Source: Synechococcus sp. (GTDB lineage: Bacteria > Cyanobacteriota > Cyanobacteriia > Thermostichales > PCC-7336). From it: a stretch of DNA of 63,890 bases. Positions 60,942-63,890 of the stretch are shown here, in pieces. The translations under genes and the position numbers were made by a program. Position 1 is the first letter of the stretch; every line of letters begins with the position of its first letter. Where the stretch lies: positions 1 to 63,890 of the forward strand of contig JBFRWN010000043.1 in the NCBI GenBank assembly GCA_051439605.1, read 5' to 3'. The notes below the pieces were generated by a model. It saw only the letters and a list, made by a program, of their open reading frames with translations. It searched no databases and was not told where the DNA came from.

Positions 60942-61766
60942 CTACAAAACATCTGCAAATGCTGGACGTAAGCGTCGATAGACTGAGATTCCTGCGTAAA
61001 ACACTATTAGAGACACAACACAAGTGACTCCCCAGGCAAGCCAATGAGTAATCTTACCCGTTAAAACCACATCCCGGTTCATTTCTGCAAGAGTAGCCAA
61101 GGGATTGAGCCAGAGTACCCACTGCCGAAATTTTTCTGGCACAACTGAAATAGGATAAACAATTGGCGTCAAGTAAAACCACAGATTGAGAATAACCGCA
61201 ACTGTCTGGGGGATATCTCTCAAAAATACCGTAAGGCTAGCGGCCAGGTATCCTAAACCTGCAGTCAGAAGTATCTGAGGAATCCAAACCAGAGGAAGGA
61301 GTAATAATGTTCCTTGGATGGCATTCAGTGCGAAGGCAACCATTACAATCAGTGCGGCTAGACCAAAGAGACCTTCAAGAAAAGAGGACAATACTGGGAC
61401 TAATGGAAGTAAGACCAGAGGGAATACCACCTTCTTGACAAGGTTTGGCTGGCGAATGACTGCACTTGATGCTCGTGCAAATCCACTTGTGAACGCTAGC
61501 CATGGAACTAAACCGGCAAACAGCCAGAGACCAAAACCAAAGGGACCCTCGATATCGATACCCCGCGCACCGGGGCGAACCCTTAACACAATCGAAAATA
61601 CATACGTATAAATGAGGAGTTGGGAAAGTTGAAGAACAAGGGGCCAGAGGTTGCCCAGCACAGATCCCTTATAGCGTGCGTCTAAATCGCGCTGTACTAA
61701 TGATTTCAGCAGGTTAAATTTCATCTGCCACTGAAACCGTATTGGTATCCAGGTTTCGCTAGCCAT
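60942..61766 (-). CDS. wzm: ABC transporter permease Wzm
   Basis: ARYKGSVLG.LW, NLVKKVVFP, LTPIVYP, LNPL, FADVL. Confidence 0.95.
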   Translation of the reverse strand: MASETWIPIRFQWQMKFNLLKSLVQRDLDARYKGSVLGNLWPLVLQLSQLLIYTYVFSIVLRVRPGARGIDIEGPFGFGLWLFAGLVPWLAFTSGFARASSAVIRQPNLVKKVVFPLVLLPLVPVLSSFLEGLFGLAALIVMVAFALNAIQGTLLLLPLVWIPQILLTAGLGYLAASLTVFLRDIPQTVAVILNLWFYLTPIVYPISVVPEKFRQWVLWLNPLATLAEMNRDVVLTGKITHWLAWGVTCVVSLIVFYAGISVYRRLRPAFADVL

Positions 61767-62349
61767 CTCTTTATCAACCGTTTCAACTCTTAAATACCGC
61801 TTGGCTACGTAAGGGGTGAGTCCCTTCGCAACAATACCAGCAAATTACAATTCTTCAGCTCTAAATAGGCAAGCAGCATCATCGTTACTTTTTACAATAA
61901 TTATCGCTCAAGAGTCTCCATCGTGTATTGGTAAGGAGTTGGATGGGAATCACAGACTTGGCTGGAGTCGGGGCTAAGTCATCAGCATTCACACATCACC
62001 CTCAGTGAATTCGCCCTTCCTTCCCTTCTCTGCGCATCTTCAGCATCCGCTCTACCTACTCGACTGGCTTGTGGATGTATGTCAGGGGCCAGCCACTTCG
62101 TTAAAACAGACAACCACAGCTCCCGCAGCGATAGCGTTGTAAGGACTCTCGACTACGGCGAGGATTAGACCCTCCTCTGCTTGTGCGAGCACATTGGTAT
62201 TAGGTATAGTTCATAGCATTCTTAAGACTCTACTTCTACAGCGGTCTACCCTCAAACCAATTTATAGCGGTTCCCATTTGCGTGAGGTATGAAATTATTA
62301 TCTCAAAATATGTCCAGTCCCTAAATAATATAATTGATTTTTATTGAAC

Positions 62350-63435
62350 TCAGTTACCTTTGGCTAGCCTTAGGCACAGTTCAATCATTCTGGCAGACAA
62401 TATTCGATAATCACTAATGACAGCTGATTTGTTCAAGGCTCGTTGTTGTCCTTCAAATATTATTTTATCTAATATCTCTAGCTTACTAAATTGCACAGAA
62501 GGGGTAAAATAAGCTTTACTTAAACCATATTCTCGACATAGATTGTAGTTTGAGGTTAAATAATAAGTGTCTATATAAGATTTGAGATTCGCCAAAAAAT
62601 CTGATGATTTTTTTTCTGATTTGACCATTTTAGTAGAGAGCAGATGAAGAACTGCATTACTATCATGAGGACCTGGTACATCAAGACCAAAAGCAACCGC
62701 ATTATTGATTGCTTCTATAATATCTTGATTGAAACTTAAATTTGAAACCTGCTGACTTACCTTTTTCATTTCATCACGTAAGGTTAAGTCGGATTTTTTG
62801 CAAAAATCTTGTATGAGAGATATGTTAGGTTCTTTATATGGAAGAACTCCACACTTGGTTACAGCACCCGATTCATGTACGAGCTGTGATATCTTCTTGT
62901 ATGAGCTATACCATTCAAGGATGCTGTACTCAGAAAGTTGTCTAGCACTATAAAAATCATTTGCTATGGAAGCTATAAGCTGTCGCTCAAGTCCAGAGAA
63001 AAGAACGGGATCGAGTTCCAATTTATCCAAAATATAGGTTGTCTCTTTAATTCGATCCGGCGAACGAAATAACCACTGGAAATATGCAGAAATCAGAAAA
63101 TCAGACTGCCTACGAGAATATCCAATAATAGATATTTCCTTTACTAATTTCTTGGCCAAGCTACAAATATTTTTGACAGCGTATGGGCACTGAAACAAAT
63201 ACTCATGGCTTAAAATAAGGACATCACATCCAATAAGATTGTCTAATAATAGTTCAGTAAAATTAGTAAATATTGATTCGCTTGGCTCTTCGCAATTCAG
63301 TTTCGATATTTCTAAGGGGTTTAGTAATAAAAAGTGTGTATTCTGAATGCAAGGCTTTTTCTGGGTTGCAAAGAATTTCTGTATTGATGAAGAACCACAT
63401 TTACCTGGACCAACGTGTAAAATTAGTCTCGCCAT
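62350..63435 (-). CDS. Sulfotransferase-like P-loop protein
   Basis: ILHVGPGKCGSSSIQ, ILSHE, RRQ....S.Y.Q; AT-rich. Confidence 0.7.
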   Translation of the reverse strand: MARLILHVGPGKCGSSSIQKFFATQKKPCIQNTHFLLLNPLEISKLNCEEPSESIFTNFTELLLDNLIGCDVLILSHEYLFQCPYAVKNICSLAKKLVKEISIIGYSRRQSDFLISAYFQWLFRSPDRIKETTYILDKLELDPVLFSGLERQLIASIANDFYSARQLSEYSILEWYSSYKKISQLVHESGAVTKCGVLPYKEPNISLIQDFCKKSDLTLRDEMKKVSQQVSNLSFNQDIIEAINNAVAFGLDVPGPHDSNAVLHLLSTKMVKSEKKSSDFLANLKSYIDTYYLTSNYNLCREYGLSKAYFTPSVQFSKLEILDKIIFEGQQRALNKSAVISDYRILSARMIELCLRLAKGN

Positions 63436-63890
63436 AATCGCAATTTGATACTTCGTTCCGTGCTAGTTCTCTAATAGTGGACACATGACGGTCAAGTTGA
63501 ACGGTATGAGTCAGTTTTACAATGAAGTGAGCTACCCTTCATATCAGCTCTAATGAATTTTTAGGCATGACAATACTTTAAGTACTGGTTTTCTTCCCTT
63601 AGTCCAGCCTAAGAGATAACTTACTTACTTTCAACAATTTCAGTAAGATTTATCCTAGTCGTGAACAAAAGAAGTTTGTGATAAGACATGGTGTGGGTCG
63701 ATGTAGGCTTGTAAGGATGAGCTGCTTATTTAGCGAGCAACCAAAAGCTAACTGGTGACAATGAGTTTGGGCTCTTACGATCGTTTTGTGTTAAGGGTTA
63801 TCAAAACCAAAGAATTGTTGTAATTAGAGTACAGAAAAAAATGATTAACGTCCCTAAGGCGTATATATTTTTTGTGTTTTTTAGTGATCT

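Noticed and set aside
62262..62292. TATAGCGGTTCCCATTTGCGTGAGGTA, reminiscent of cyanobacterial MITE/REP-like ends
   Set aside because: Single copy with no partner end in the window.

Overview
Cyanobacterial chromosome segment, judged from frequent HIP1 GCGATCGC, chlH, ndhL, ftrC and the DUF3007/DUF3143/DUF3181 genes. It spans the replication origin. 0.1-1.6 kb is a small accessory patch: terB-like gene, tandem 49-bp repeats, a 50-bp copy of the chlH 3' region and a RelE/ParE-like toxin-antitoxin pair. 1.6-38.2 kb is mostly core genome: chlH, HU, sufE, TRAP permeases, dnaN-oriC-dnaA, rpmH-rnpA-PH-yidC-jag-yceD, a non-NADPH flavin thioredoxin reductase next to ftrC, rpe, ribD, ndhL, an atypical PII paralog with an NtcA box, and dusA. 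38.2-63.9 kb is a mosaic surface-polysaccharide island. It holds a low-GC GtrABC-like amino-sugar glycosylation cassette, nested IS remnants, an Asn-synthetase-like gene and a truncated nitrilase. It also holds a Wzm/Wzt ABC export locus with a 1633-aa protein (sulfotransferase, coiled coil, GT2, GT4, GT2, methyltransferase-like) that looks like a self-contained polymerase/ruler/sulfate-capping enzyme. No rRNA, tRNA or CRISPR array was seen. All calls come from motif recognition by eye; no database searches were run.
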